A DNA stretch of 64,000 bases from an uncultured Acidimicrobiia bacterium (GCA_963786955.1 CAWBAT010000006.1:928001-992000), one strand, 5' to 3'. Shown: positions 29,914-41,686, counted from the first letter of the stretch. Made by a program: numbers and translations. Notes: generated from the letters alone by a model not told the origin.

Positions 29914-32900
29914 GTGGTGCCAGGATTTAGCAGAGAGGCTCAGTGCGACCGGAAGAGAACTTCTGGGCATATGATTCAACGGATGCACAAAGGAATTCGT
30001 AAATTAGGGACTGGTTGGCTTCTTGTGGCCGTATTGGGGTTCTTGTTTTCTGAATCCCTCTATGCACTTCAAGGAAACGTGTATGTGCTCAATGGGAGCA
30101 GTCGCGACGCCTTCACAGCGGAAATTAACGGCATAACTGTCAAGACTGCCACGGTGCAGGCCATTGACGATTCCATCGCGTCCATGATACCGGGCGCGAC
30201 CGAAATCCTGAGTCAGTCACCGGCTGGTTCTTACGCCGTTGACGTCACGGTGAATGCGACTCAAACACGCCCCATTCACCCGCTCTTTTTTGGATTTAAC
30301 CTGAGTGACATGGCCTTCGGCTATACGGAAACGGAGTTTGTAAAAAGACTCAGGGACCCTCGTTATGCCGCTTTGCTTAGCAAGCTTCGTCCTGGTCTAA
30401 TCCGGTATCCCGGAGGGTCATTTGGGGAAATCTTATGGGACCGAAGCAACACGCAATCTCCCATTTCTCCCAATCAAGTCCTGCGCGCCCAGGATTTAGA
30501 CGACCTGGTCGTACTGTGCCGGAAAACGGGGGCCACGCTCTATATCCAGATCCCCCTAACGCCGGGAGGCGAGAACAACTGGGCGGATTTTGCGGCTTAC
30601 TGTAATGAGAAAAGCTACAGCGACGTGGTCTATATCTCTTCCGGCAATGAAAACCATATCTGGTTAGGTGGTGATTGGAGTGCCGACACCTATGTGGCCA
30701 ATTTTAAAAAGTATTACGACGCCATGACCGCCCTTCGTCCCGGGCTCATTTTCGGGCTGCCGGAAGCCTGTAACGTTGGAGGCCCATCGGTTTTTGACAA
30801 GGCGTGGGTAGATCCTATTCTACAAAAGCTCGCGGCCGCAAATTATAAGGCCGGCCTAGTCACTAGCCATCTGTACCATTTTTATGGTGGGTTCGACAAC
30901 ACGCTGGATAATTTACTACAAAACATGGGCGTCTATTCATCTGCCACAGCAGATCTAGTAGCCTCGCGTAATCAATACAATCCCAACGCACTCGCCATGT
31001 GGACGGAGTTCGGGCCCACCGTCGGTGTCCCGGATCGCAGAATCTTCAACAGTGTGGGGACCGCGCTTTGGGGAGCAGATGCAATCGGTCGAGTCGCACG
31101 GGCTGGCGCGGATGGCGTTTTGTTCTATCGGCTGAGTTGTCCGAAAGATTTCGCATGGCCTTCCGCTGCATTTGCCAGTGATTTGTCAGAGGTTTACCCA
31201 CTGACCCTGACTTACTTGATGTTTGGACAATGGTGGGGCAAGGATTGGGTGTTGAATGTCAACTCAACCGATGACTCGCGCTTGAGCGTCAATGCATCTA
31301 CGGACAACGATCACGTGTATGTGATGCTGATTAACAAAACTGCCAGCCAAGATCTGTTGACTCGCGTCACTGTCACAGCTAGCAACCGGTCATATTACCT
31401 CTCTCGCAGCTGCCCCGCGCATTCGATTACTCTCGTGTCGTTTACCAAACAGGAACACGCGCCATCTAAGCTCGTCGTCACTGCCAGTCCCAAGATCTTA
31501 CTGTCAGACGGGAAGAGCACAAGCCTTGTCACGGCTAAAGTGATGGATGATCTGAACAATGTCATAACAACATCGAGCGCCACAGTGGTCTTTTCCCTGA
31601 GCGGTTCTGCCGGCGGAAGTCTTAGTGCAACGAATGTTCCTGCTAGTAACGGAGTTGCTACGGTGACTTTTTCTGGAGGCACTAGCCCCGGGAAAACTAG
31701 CGTAACCGCTACATCCCCTGGCCTGACGTCAGGCGTCACTGAGCTCACGCTGGTCATGAACAACGCCCCGACCTCGCCTTCTAATCTGTTGTGTAATGGG
31801 CTCGTAAATCCGACAGGGGTAAAGACTTACCACCCGGATTTTTCCTGGGCTTTTAATGACCCCGGGGACACGGAATCGGCCTTTAGAATTCTGGTGGCGG
31901 ACAGCCAAGCCAGTATCGACAACAACGCAGGGAATGTATGGGACAGTGGGAAGAAGAGTTTAGGCGGCACAACAGTGAAGTATGAGGGTTCGAGGCTGAA
32001 ACCAGGGATTACCTACTACTGGAAAGTCATAACCTGGGACAGCTATGACGTACAAGGCGCCGTGTCTAATGCAGCGCTTTTTAGCACAAGTAACGCACTG
32101 GAGAATCATGCTCTCCGGTTCAATGAAACAGATACTGATTGGCTTCATTCAGTATTTGTGCGGTACAACAGCAGTCTGGACATCAATGCCGGGAACTCTA
32201 CTGGTCTTACCGTGGAGATGTGGGTGAACCGAACCGACATGTTAACGAATGCAGCCGCATATTTTTCTCGATTCGCCGATGGCAATACAGGCTATTGGAT
32301 GGGAATCGATAACGCCCAGAAGGTGACAATGGTCATCGGAAATTCTAGACAAGTATACACCCAGACTTCCTCCGTTGATTTGAGTTCCGGAGCCTGGCAT
32401 CACTTAGCGTGGGTAATCCAGAAAAGTAATAACCAAGGGAGAATTTTCATCGACGGGGTTGACCGAACCGCTAATCCTGGTGCGACGGTCCCGATGCCAA
32501 CCTCCGTCCCTTATTACAACGCCTATATCGGATATAACATTATCGATTCACGTACCCATGCCATGATCGATGAAATAAGGGTATCCAATGCAGCCCGGTA
32601 TACCAGCAATTTCAAACCACCTGCAGGACCTTTCATCCCGGATGCCAACACGAAGGGCTTATGGCATCTTGACGAAGGGAGCGGTGAAGTGACATACGAT
32701 GCCTCCGGGAACGGGAACACAGGAACATTTATCGGGAATCCGGTGCCAGTCTGGGTAACCGGCTATCCAACTGAATCTACGGGCCCTTCAATTAGCGTGA
32801 CTTCTCCGGATGGCGGCGAAATATGGGGAGTGAATTCTACCCAGACAATAACGTGGACTAGCAGCGGCAGCCTGGAAAATGTCAATGTGGAATTCAGCAC

Positions 32901-34815
32901 AGATGGAGGTCAGGGGTGGACCAAGGTGGCCTCAAACATTTCCAATTCGGGCAGCTACGGATGGACGGTTTCGAATACCCCCTCGACTACCTGCAGAATC
33001 CGCATTACTGATGTTGGCGGAACAGTATCTGATTCCAGTGACGGAAATTTTACCATTACGAACGGTTGCACTTATTCCCTCAGTTCCGCAACCGTCCACT
33101 TTGATGGCTCCGGAGGGACCGGCGATTTGAAAGTGACGTCAGGAAGCAGCTGTAGTTGGACAGCGGTTAGCAACTCTGCTTGGATTTCCCTCACATCGTC
33201 TGGAAGCGGCAGCGGCAACGGGATTGTAAGCTATTCTGTGGATACAAACGGATCCACATCTTTACGCACGGGTACTCTGACTGTCGCAGGTCAAACGTTC
33301 ACGATAATCCAAGCTGGTATTGGGGGCAACACCGCAACCACTCTCTTTGTTCCAGTATTGCTTTCCCTAAGTGGCGCGGGTGGTTCTTTCTATTCTACGG
33401 AACTGACATTCACCAACCGGGGGACCACAACCGCACAAATGGAATTCGAGTATGTCGCAGCCTTCAGCACGGGCAGCGGTACGGCAAGCACAATTCTGCC
33501 TCCAGGCCAGATGATAGTTTCAGACTCCATCTCTTACCTGAAGAGTCTTGGAATTCAAATTCCGGAATCCGGAAATAGGGGTGGCACCTTGCGGGTTAGC
33601 TTCTCGGACCTCAGCTCGCCTTCAGCAGCGAGTATTAATGCGCGGACGACAACACTGGTCAAGAGCAGTGATGGCAATCTGTTGGGACGCGCCGGTCTAG
33701 CTTATCCGGCAATTCCAGTCAGCACCGCTCTAAATGCTCCTGTTTATATTTGCGGATTGCGCCAGAATGCTACCGACCGGTCCAATGTGGCCTTCCAAAA
33801 TATGGGGACTACGGGCGACGGGAATATTACGTTGAGGGCGACCGTCTTCGATGGAAGCAGTTCCTTCTCCAAGGTTTTGCCTTCCATAGTGCTAGAACCA
33901 GGCGCCTTTAATCAGATCGGTGGCGTGTTGGCATCTAATGGTCTATCTTTGACCAACGGCTACGTAAAAGTGGAGCGGACGAACGGTACGGCTTCTTATT
34001 ATGCTTATGGAGTCATCAATGACCAGGCCAATTCCGACGGTTCACTAGTGATCCCCAAATCGGCCAATACGGCACCAGTTGCCGGATTGACCTTGCCAGT
34101 CATCGTCCAGACCAGCACCTTTCTGAGTGAGCTTGTTTTGACCAATTTTTCCAATCAAGCCCGCAACGTTAACTTCACGTTTGTGGCCGACGCCGTTACT
34201 ACAGCGGACAAGACGGCACATTTTACGATTAACCTCCCGGCCGGGCAGCAACAGATTATTCCGGATATTTTCGCCTATATGAGAGATAAATCGGTGGAGG
34301 GCATTGGGCCTGCAGGAACTACTGCGGCCGGAGCTTTGTTTGCCACGGCTGCCGGTGGGGATCTCAGTGGTGTGGTTTTGGGTGCCAGGACCTCAGCTTC
34401 AGGCGACAGTGCGGGGGGACGCTTCGGGCTCTTTTACACCGCCGTTCCTTATGGTCAGGCTTCTATTGACAGCGCATGGGTATTTAGCCTGCAACAGAAT
34501 TCGGAAAACCGAACTAACCTGGCCATTGTGAACACGGGTGAGATTGATACGAGCGATGATATTTTTGCTATCGACCTCTATGATGGCGAGACCAGCACAA
34601 TTGTGAAGACCTTGAATTCCGTAGTCGTGCGGGCTCATGGCTGGATTCAGATCGGGACAATTCTTAATAATGCCTCTGGAGTCCAACACGGTTATGCTGA
34701 AATCCGGCGTACGTCGGGAAACAATCCGTTTATTACCTACGCCGTGATAAACGATGGTGCCAGTCCCGGTCTCCGAACGGGTGATGGCGCCTACATAAGC
34801 AGCACTAGAGAGTAG
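29914..34815 (+). CDS. Large secreted multidomain protein: clan GH-A glycoside hydrolase + Ig/FN3 + LamG + BACON-like + repeated C-terminal domain
   Basis: Signal peptide after ATG 29971/29983; RYPGG, GNEN and WTEFG (GH-A catalytic pattern); YYWKV (FN3); WHHLA...IDEIRVS (LamG); CSWTAVSN..WI (BACON). Confidence 0.78.
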   Translation: MVPGFSREAQCDRKRTSGHMIQRMHKGIRKLGTGWLLVAVLGFLFSESLYALQGNVYVLNGSSRDAFTAEINGITVKTATVQAIDDSIASMIPGATEILSQSPAGSYAVDVTVNATQTRPIHPLFFGFNLSDMAFGYTETEFVKRLRDPRYAALLSKLRPGLIRYPGGSFGEILWDRSNTQSPISPNQVLRAQDLDDLVVLCRKTGATLYIQIPLTPGGENNWADFAAYCNEKSYSDVVYISSGNENHIWLGGDWSADTYVANFKKYYDAMTALRPGLIFGLPEACNVGGPSVFDKAWVDPILQKLAAANYKAGLVTSHLYHFYGGFDNTLDNLLQNMGVYSSATADLVASRNQYNPNALAMWTEFGPTVGVPDRRIFNSVGTALWGADAIGRVARAGADGVLFYRLSCPKDFAWPSAAFASDLSEVYPLTLTYLMFGQWWGKDWVLNVNSTDDSRLSVNASTDNDHVYVMLINKTASQDLLTRVTVTASNRSYYLSRSCPAHSITLVSFTKQEHAPSKLVVTASPKILLSDGKSTSLVTAKVMDDLNNVITTSSATVVFSLSGSAGGSLSATNVPASNGVATVTFSGGTSPGKTSVTATSPGLTSGVTELTLVMNNAPTSPSNLLCNGLVNPTGVKTYHPDFSWAFNDPGDTESAFRILVADSQASIDNNAGNVWDSGKKSLGGTTVKYEGSRLKPGITYYWKVITWDSYDVQGAVSNAALFSTSNALENHALRFNETDTDWLHSVFVRYNSSLDINAGNSTGLTVEMWVNRTDMLTNAAAYFSRFADGNTGYWMGIDNAQKVTMVIGNSRQVYTQTSSVDLSSGAWHHLAWVIQKSNNQGRIFIDGVDRTANPGATVPMPTSVPYYNAYIGYNIIDSRTHAMIDEIRVSNAARYTSNFKPPAGPFIPDANTKGLWHLDEGSGEVTYDASGNGNTGTFIGNPVPVWVTGYPTESTGPSISVTSPDGGEIWGVNSTQTITWTSSGSLENVNVEFSTDGGQGWTKVASNISNSGSYGWTVSNTPSTTCRIRITDVGGTVSDSSDGNFTITNGCTYSLSSATVHFDGSGGTGDLKVTSGSSCSWTAVSNSAWISLTSSGSGSGNGIVSYSVDTNGSTSLRTGTLTVAGQTFTIIQAGIGGNTATTLFVPVLLSLSGAGGSFYSTELTFTNRGTTTAQMEFEYVAAFSTGSGTASTILPPGQMIVSDSISYLKSLGIQIPESGNRGGTLRVSFSDLSSPSAASINARTTTLVKSSDGNLLGRAGLAYPAIPVSTALNAPVYICGLRQNATDRSNVAFQNMGTTGDGNITLRATVFDGSSSFSKVLPSIVLEPGAFNQIGGVLASNGLSLTNGYVKVERTNGTASYYAYGVINDQANSDGSLVIPKSANTAPVAGLTLPVIVQTSTFLSELVLTNFSNQARNVNFTFVADAVTTADKTAHFTINLPAGQQQIIPDIFAYMRDKSVEGIGPAGTTAAGALFATAAGGDLSGVVLGARTSASGDSAGGRFGLFYTAVPYGQASIDSAWVFSLQQNSENRTNLAIVNTGEIDTSDDIFAIDLYDGETSTIVKTLNSVVVRAHGWIQIGTILNNASGVQHGYAEIRRTSGNNPFITYAVINDGASPGLRTGDGAYISSTRE

Positions 34816-34927
34816 AAGGGATTCTGCTCAACTGAAATTCCAAAGTCCCGACCATTCTGAGCAGAAAAGGGTGAAGGATAAATTTGACAAGCAATCAAAT
34901 CTTAGCTGGCGCTATAGGGAGGATGTA

Positions 34928-37900
34928 ATGTTGCTAAATCGAATCCGGCACATTCTGGTCAAGCCTTCAACTATATTGACCACCGTCCTGCTCCTGGCCA
35001 CTAATTTGCTTACGCTAGTTCCTCAGTCAACTGATCCAATTCCTGGCTATCTGAGCCAGATCAATCAGAGCAACCTGAGCACTGTGGCGACTAATCTGGT
35101 TAACTTGTATGGCCCTCGCCGGTGGGACTTCTTCAGCCCGTATGTGGGTGGCAATTGTACATTGGGCACAACCGTCTACCCGAAAAACACCATTGAAATG
35201 TCCTCGGACTATGTCAAGGGGCTGTTCCAAGCAATGGGCTACTCAGCGGCATCGATTACCATGGAGGAGGTGCCGAATGGCGATGGGCATAACGTCTATG
35301 TCACTAAGGTCGGTAGCACCTATCCCAACATATACATCGAGTTCGGCGGGCATCTGGACTCGGTATCTGTATCACCTGGCGGCGCCGATAATGCCTCTGG
35401 ATCTACTGCGGTGATTGAACTGGCCCGTGTGCTCAAAGATTACCCCAACCGCTATTCGATGCGCTTCATCTTGTTTGTTGCCGAGGAGGCTGATCCTCGA
35501 TTTGGGACGGTATTTTTTGGGTCGTATATTCATATTCAGCAGGCTCTGGCACGAGGCGAACAAATCAAAGCTGGGCTCGTGATGGACCATATCGGCTGGC
35601 CGGACCCGGGAGATCCAACCGGGTATATGAATGAAGTCTCATATAATGGCACGGAGTCAGAACGTATCGCTGACCTGTTCAACCAAGTCAGGACAGACTA
35701 TGGGATTGTAATTGGTTACGGTAAAGACAATGCCATTCAGAACTCTGACGAGCATTCCTATTGGGACTTAGGACAAACGGCCGTCAGCAGTGGCGGGGGC
35801 TAGTTGTACTACCGTCCCAACTATCACGGATGCGGAGACACAGTTTCGAATATCAATTTCACCAATGTCTTGCGCTCAGCCCAGCTGAATTTGGCGGTAG
35901 GTCTCAAACTTGATGCCGAAGGAGCGGGGCCTTCGATCAGTTCGATCAGTCCGAATAGTGGGCCAACGACGGGAGGTCAGACGGTGACTATTACGGGGAC
36001 CAATCTGAGCGGGACGACAGGGGTAAGCTTTGGGGGGACTGCGGCAACGATCATTGGGACACCATCGGGGACACAAGTGGTGGTGGTGACACCGGCCCAT
36101 GCAGCTGGGTCTGTAAATGTAGTGGCAACGACTCCCGCTGGCAACGCGACTTCGACAGGCGGTTACGCCTACATTGCCAATAACCCGGTTCCTTCGACAA
36201 GTAGCATCATTCCTTCGTCAACATCGGCTGGTGCTGCTCCTTTTGCCCTTGTGGTCAATGGGAGCAACTTTGTCAGTGGTTCTGTTGTGCAATGGGGCGG
36301 GTCGGCTCGCACGACCACGTTTGTTTCGTCGACCCAGCTGTTGGCAGGTATTTTGGCCACAGACATAGGTAGTGCTGGAACTGTACCAGTAGTCGTATTC
36401 AACCCGTCCCCAGGCGGTGGAACTTCAAATACGCAGACCTTCACGATTACATCTGCCGGTAGCAATCCGGTTCCGACCACGACAAGTTTGAGTCCCAGTT
36501 CTGCCGTAGCGGGGGGGCTGGGTTCACGCTGACGGTGAATGGGACCAATTTTGTGGCGGCTTCTGTGGTGCAATGGAACGGATCCGCTCGCACTACATCT
36601 TCTGTTTCGGCCACTCAGCTGACGGCCGCCATTGGGCCGACGGATATAGCCACGGTTGGGACAGTGCCGGTCACCGTGTTCAATCCAACGCCGGGCGGGG
36701 GTACTTCCAATGCCCAGACGTTTACCATTTCCAGTGCTCCGAGCAATTTGGTGGCGGCTTATGGGTTTGAGGAAGGGAGTGGGACCAGCACGGCCGACGC
36801 GTCCGGCAACGGGAATCTCGGAACCATCGCCAACGTCACCTGGAGTTCAGCAGGGCGTTTTGGCAATGCCCTTTCCTTTAATGGGACCAATGCCTGGGTC
36901 ACGGTCAATGATGCCAACTCACTGGATTTGACCAATGGAATGACTCTTCAATCCTGGGTGAATCCTACGGCCTTAAGTGGCGGTTCCAATGCTGGCTGGC
37001 GGACAGTGATTCTCAAGCAGCAGACCAGTGATTTGGTGTATGGATTGTATGCCAATACCGACCAAAACCGGCCGAGTGGGTATATCTACATCGGCGGTGA
37101 ATTGGATACCGTGGGGACCACCCAATTGCCGCTCAACAGTTGGACCCATTTGGCGACGACGTATGATGGCTCGACATTGAGGCTTTTTGTCAATGGAGTC
37201 CAAGTCAGCAGTAGGGCGGTAACAGGCAATATCGCTCAATCAACCAACCCATTGCGTATTGGTGGGAATGCGCTATGGGGCGAATATTTCAGCGGGCTGA
37301 TTGATGAAGTGCGCGTTTACAGTCGGGCTCTCAGCCAGACGGAAATTCAAAACGATAGGGATGCCCCAGTTGGCGGGAGTTCCGGTAATCCGACTCCGAC
37401 GATCACGACCATCAGTCCCAATAGCGGGACGACGGCTGGCGGGCAGAGCTTGACCATTACGGGAACGAATCTCCTCGGGACGTCGGCGGTCACCTTCGGC
37501 GGGACGGCCGCGACAATCAACGGGACGCCGACGTCAACCCAGGTCATGGTGACGACGCCGGCCCACGCTGCTGGAGCCGTGAATGTGGTGGTGACAGCAC
37601 CGACCGGCAGCGCGACTGCGACGAATGGCTACACCTATGTGGCCGGGCCCACGATCACGACCATCAGTCCCAATAGCGGGACAACGGCTGGCGGACAGAG
37701 CGTGACCATTACGGGAACGAATCTCCTCGGGACGTCGGCGGTCACCTTCGGCGGGACGGCCGCGACGATCAACGGGACGCCGACGTCAACCCAGGTCTCG
37801 GTGACGACGCCGGCCCACGCTGCTGGAGCCGTGAATGTGGTGGTGACAGCACCGGGCGGCAGTACGACTGCGACGAATGGCTATACCTATGTGGCCGGGC

Positions 37901-39111
37901 CGACGATCACGACCATCAGTCCCAATAGTGGGACAACGGCTGGCGGACAGAGCGTGACCATTACGGGAACGAATCTCCTCGGGACGACGGCGGTCACCTT
38001 CGGCGGGACGGCCGCGACGATCAACGGGACGCCGACGTCAACCCAGGTCGTGGTGACGACGCCAGCCCACGCTGCTGGAGCCGTGAATGTGGTGGTGACA
38101 GCACCGGGCGGCAGTACGACTGCGACGAATGGCTACACCTATGTGGCCGGACCGACGATCACGACCATCAGTCGTCCCAATAGCGGGACGACGGCTGGCG
38201 GGCAGAGCGTGACCATTACGGGAACGAATCTCCTCGGGACGTCGGCGGTCACCTTCGGCGGGACGGCGGCAACGATCAACGGGACGCCGACGTCAACCCA
38301 GGTCATGGTGACGACGCCGGCCCACGCTGCTGGAGCCGTGAATGTGGTGGTGACAGCACCGGGCGGCAGCACGACTGCGACCAATGGCTACACTTACTTG
38401 ATCTCCACTGGTTCCCCACCAGTGATCAGCTCATTCACTCCGACCAGCGGGACCGTTGGAACGCTGGTAACGCTGACCGGAAGTGGCTTTACAGGGACCA
38501 CCAGCGTGATTTTCAACGCCACATCAGCTCCTAGCTTCACAGTCGGCTCGGACACCCAGATCACAGCCACCGTACCCGCTGGTGCAACTAGCGGCAAGAT
38601 TTCCGTAACTAATGCTGCCGGAACTGGCCAAAGCAGCACGGATTTCAAGATCAACCTGCTCCTGAATGCCAGTTTTGAAATCGATGCTAACGCTGATAGC
38701 AGACCAGATAGCTGGACAAGTAGTAACCGATTTACCCGGAGTAATGCCGTGCCTGCCGTTAATGACAGCTATGTGGGAAGACACTTCGCCACCAACAACG
38801 CCAATTACAACATTACTCAAACTATCAGCAACCTGACGGCGGGAACCATGTACAACTTCACTGGCTCGGTCAACATTCCTGCCACCAGCGATTCCTTCTC
38901 ATTTACATTGGACGTACGCTGGCGCAATGCGAGCAACAATGTCATTAGCACGACCACAATCAAGAGTTACACGGCCTCTACCAACGGCGGATGGGACCAG
39001 GCTTTGGCGAACCTGATCGCGCCGGCAGGGACGACCAATGCCCTCGTTCGCATGGTCGTGACGAGTCTTAATGCAACCATCTATGTCGACGATTTCCTCT
39101 TTGGCCCATAA
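34928..39111 (+). pseudogene. Secreted M28 metallopeptidase + IPT/TIG repeats + LamG + CBM-like protein, split by an in-frame TAG and a G7 frameshift
   Basis: GHLDS, GADNASG, AEE and SDEHSY motifs, then TAG at 35801 followed in frame by [10 protein letters not shown]. One extra G at 36511-36517 joins the frame to ORF 36535-39111, giving about 1390 aa. Confidence 0.8.
37396..38400 (+). repeat. Four near-identical 252-bp tandem repeats encoding IPT/TIG domains
   Basis: Units start at 37396, 37648, 37900 and 38152 ([17 protein letters not shown]...ATNGYTY). The fourth has a 3-bp insertion (TISRPN). Confidence 0.95.
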
Positions 39112-39185
39112 GAGTTAACGAGAATCTTGAATACTCACCCTTGCTTGTTTTCATTGTTGAAAAATGAAGCGAGAAGGTCCATAAA

Positions 39186-40433
39186 ATGGCAAACTTGGTC
39201 AGCGTAATTATTCCGAATTACAACCATGCTGCTTACGTTGGGGATGCCATACGTAGTGTTATCGGTCAAACATACCGGAACTTGGAAATCATTGTTGTAG
39301 ATGATGGCTCGATAGACAACAGCCGGGAACTGATCTCTAAGTTCGGCAGCCGGGTGCGTGCAATCTGGCAGGGAAACCGAGGACTTTCTGCGGCACGCAA
39401 TGTTGGAATCAGGGTCGCCAAGGGTACATATGTCGGGGTGCTGGATGCCGATGATATGTATGAGCCAAATTACCTGAGCACGCTCGTACCTATTCTTGAT
39501 GCAAACCCAGAATCTCAAGCAGTCTATTGCGGTTATCAATTTGTGGATCACCTGAACCGGCCTTTACCCCAGCGGGAAGCCCGCTTGGACCAAAATGGCC
39601 AGCTTTATCAGGCACTCGTTGAAGGAAATTTTCTGGTTCCGGAATCAATGTTAGTACGCAGGCATTGCTACGAAATGGTTGGGCCCTTTGATGAGACTCT
39701 TCGAGCACTTGAGGATTTGGACATGTGGCTCAAAATTTCGAGCCGATTCAATGTATTGAGTTCTACTGAAATCCTCACCCGTCACCGCGTCCTGCCGGAC
39801 AGCATGTCTGCCGACACAAACCGGCAGTTTGAAAATCGACTGGCTGTCATGCGGAAGCATTTTGGATTAGAGCCTCCCCGATACTCTGAGTGGACTGAGA
39901 CTCAAAGGTGGGCTTACGGTCATGCGTATCTAACTTCAACAGTTGAATTTCTTCAGAGTCGCAACCAAGCCCGCGCTTATGATTGCTTGCGTGAGATGGC
40001 AAAGATTTACCCGGAGCTGCTGGTTCGATTCAACACCTATTTTCAGCTAGGCCTCTGTGATCAACCAAAAGGCTATATGGGGGACCTGAAGAACGTCAAC
40101 ACCCAGCGAAATGGTCAAATCCTTTTCGCTCTGCTTGACGATCTATTCGGTGAACCCGACTTGAAACCGAAGCTGAAAGGTTATCGGAGAACAGCTTATG
40201 CGAATGCGTGTTTTGCTTTGGGCACAATAAGCTATGGGGGAAGACGTTTCAGGGATACTAGACGCTTCTTGTTAAGGGCGGTGAGAGAAACTCCGAAGCT
40301 ATTGTTAAATCATACCCTTGTTTTGATGTTCCTGAAGTCGCTTGTAGGTGTGAGGTTCGTTAACTGGCTGAAGCTAAAAAGGCAGCAGGTGATGTCCGGC
40401 CATCTTTTCGCACTTTTCTGCCGGACCGAGTGA
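39186..40433 (+). CDS. GT2 glycosyltransferase with helical C-terminal domain
   Basis: VSVIIPNYN, VVDDGS, GLSAARN, LDADD and EDLDMW motifs. Confidence 0.92.
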   Translation: MANLVSVIIPNYNHAAYVGDAIRSVIGQTYRNLEIIVVDDGSIDNSRELISKFGSRVRAIWQGNRGLSAARNVGIRVAKGTYVGVLDADDMYEPNYLSTLVPILDANPESQAVYCGYQFVDHLNRPLPQREARLDQNGQLYQALVEGNFLVPESMLVRRHCYEMVGPFDETLRALEDLDMWLKISSRFNVLSSTEILTRHRVLPDSMSADTNRQFENRLAVMRKHFGLEPPRYSEWTETQRWAYGHAYLTSTVEFLQSRNQARAYDCLREMAKIYPELLVRFNTYFQLGLCDQPKGYMGDLKNVNTQRNGQILFALLDDLFGEPDLKPKLKGYRRTAYANACFALGTISYGGRRFRDTRRFLLRAVRETPKLLLNHTLVLMFLKSLVGVRFVNWLKLKRQQVMSGHLFALFCRTE

Positions 40434-41686
40434 TGCGAATCCTATTCCTTACCAATCTCTATCCGCCTCACGATATTGGTGGTTACGAACAATCGTGCCA
40501 GGAGGTGGCAATACGGTTGGAAGAACGTGGTCACGACGTTCGGATTTTGACAAGCCGTTACGGCGTGAAATCGGAAATTGACGGGGTTGAAAATGTCCAC
40601 ACTAGGAGGTCTCTCTATCTCGAAAACGATTTGGACTACTACCGTCCACTGGATTTCTTTTTGAGGCGGTCTGCCAGAGAACACACTAACCTTCAGGAAC
40701 TAAAGCAAACGCTTGAAGAATTTCGTCCTGCCGTGGTCATGGTGTGGGGAATGTGGCAGCTTTCTCACTACCTCCCTTATTGGGCCGAGCACTGGATGCC
40801 AAACCGTGTGGCATATTACATAGGTTCTTACTGGCCGGTGGACGCCGACCCTCATTCTACTTACTGGCATTTACCAGCCAGACAATTTGCGACAGAGCTG
40901 CTCAAGAAGCCGCTACGGTCCGTCGCATTCAACCGATTGCGAAGGGAGGGTTACCCACCTCGACTGCAGTTTGAACACGCTTTGTGTTGCAGCAAGTATG
41001 TGCGGGATATACTCGTGAAGGCTGGCAAACTCCCGAGCAGTTCGGGTGTTTTGTACGGCGGCATCGACCCCAACCCCTTTATGGTCCCTCCAATCAATGG
41101 AAATGAGCTTAAGAAGAGACCATTGCGTTTGCTCTACTTTGGTCGTTTGATTCATGACAAGGGGGTCCACACTGCTATACAGGCGATTGGCCTGTTGAAA
41201 CAGCATAAACTTGCCGATCAGATCGAACTGACAATCTTAGGGAGCGGGCATCCAGAATACGTTGCCCAACTGCGAAATATGGTCGCTGACCTTGACCTTG
41301 CCGATCGGGTTCACTTTATCGATAAGGTATCCCGGAGTGAAGTTCCTGATTGGCTAAGGCGCTTCGATGTATTTCTCTTTACATCCATTTGGCCCGAGCC
41401 ATTTGGCAGAACTATCGTCGAGGCTATGGCTGCCGGCCTGATTGTCATCGGCTCAGATGTTGGGGGTAGCCAGGAAATTTTTCAGGAGGGTTATGACAGC
41501 AAGCTTTTGTTTCAACCTGAAGATTATGAGGCTCTAGCGGATCGCATCACGCAGTTAATCAACGATGCTGAGCGGCGAAATCGTCTGGCGCAGCTTGGGA
41601 GGCAGTTGGTGCTACAGCGGTTTACATTAAGGCACATGGTCGACCAAATTGAATCTCATCTCTTCGAAATTGCCAGTCAGGACTAA
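40430..41686 (+). CDS. GT4 glycosyltransferase
   Basis: RILFLTNLYPPHDIGGYE, GRLIHDKG and SIWPEPFGRTIVEAMAAG motifs. Confidence 0.92.
   Translation: MMRILFLTNLYPPHDIGGYEQSCQEVAIRLEERGHDVRILTSRYGVKSEIDGVENVHTRRSLYLENDLDYYRPLDFFLRRSAREHTNLQELKQTLEEFRPAVVMVWGMWQLSHYLPYWAEHWMPNRVAYYIGSYWPVDADPHSTYWHLPARQFATELLKKPLRSVAFNRLRREGYPPRLQFEHALCCSKYVRDILVKAGKLPSSSGVLYGGIDPNPFMVPPINGNELKKRPLRLLYFGRLIHDKGVHTAIQAIGLLKQHKLADQIELTILGSGHPEYVAQLRNMVADLDLADRVHFIDKVSRSEVPDWLRRFDVFLFTSIWPEPFGRTIVEAMAAGLIVIGSDVGGSQEIFQEGYDSKLLFQPEDYEALADRITQLINDAERRNRLAQLGRQLVLQRFTLRHMVDQIESHLFEIASQD

Noticed and set aside
35801-35803. Genome-wide TAG recoding
   Set aside because: TAG ends many ordinary genes here at their expected C-termini (e.g. 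3867, 10665, 15577), and another in-frame stop (46529) is TAA.
37396-38400. Diversity-generating retroelement TR/VR pair or CRISPR
   Set aside because: These are in-frame coding repeats, the differences are not adenine-specific, and no reverse transcriptase is in the window.
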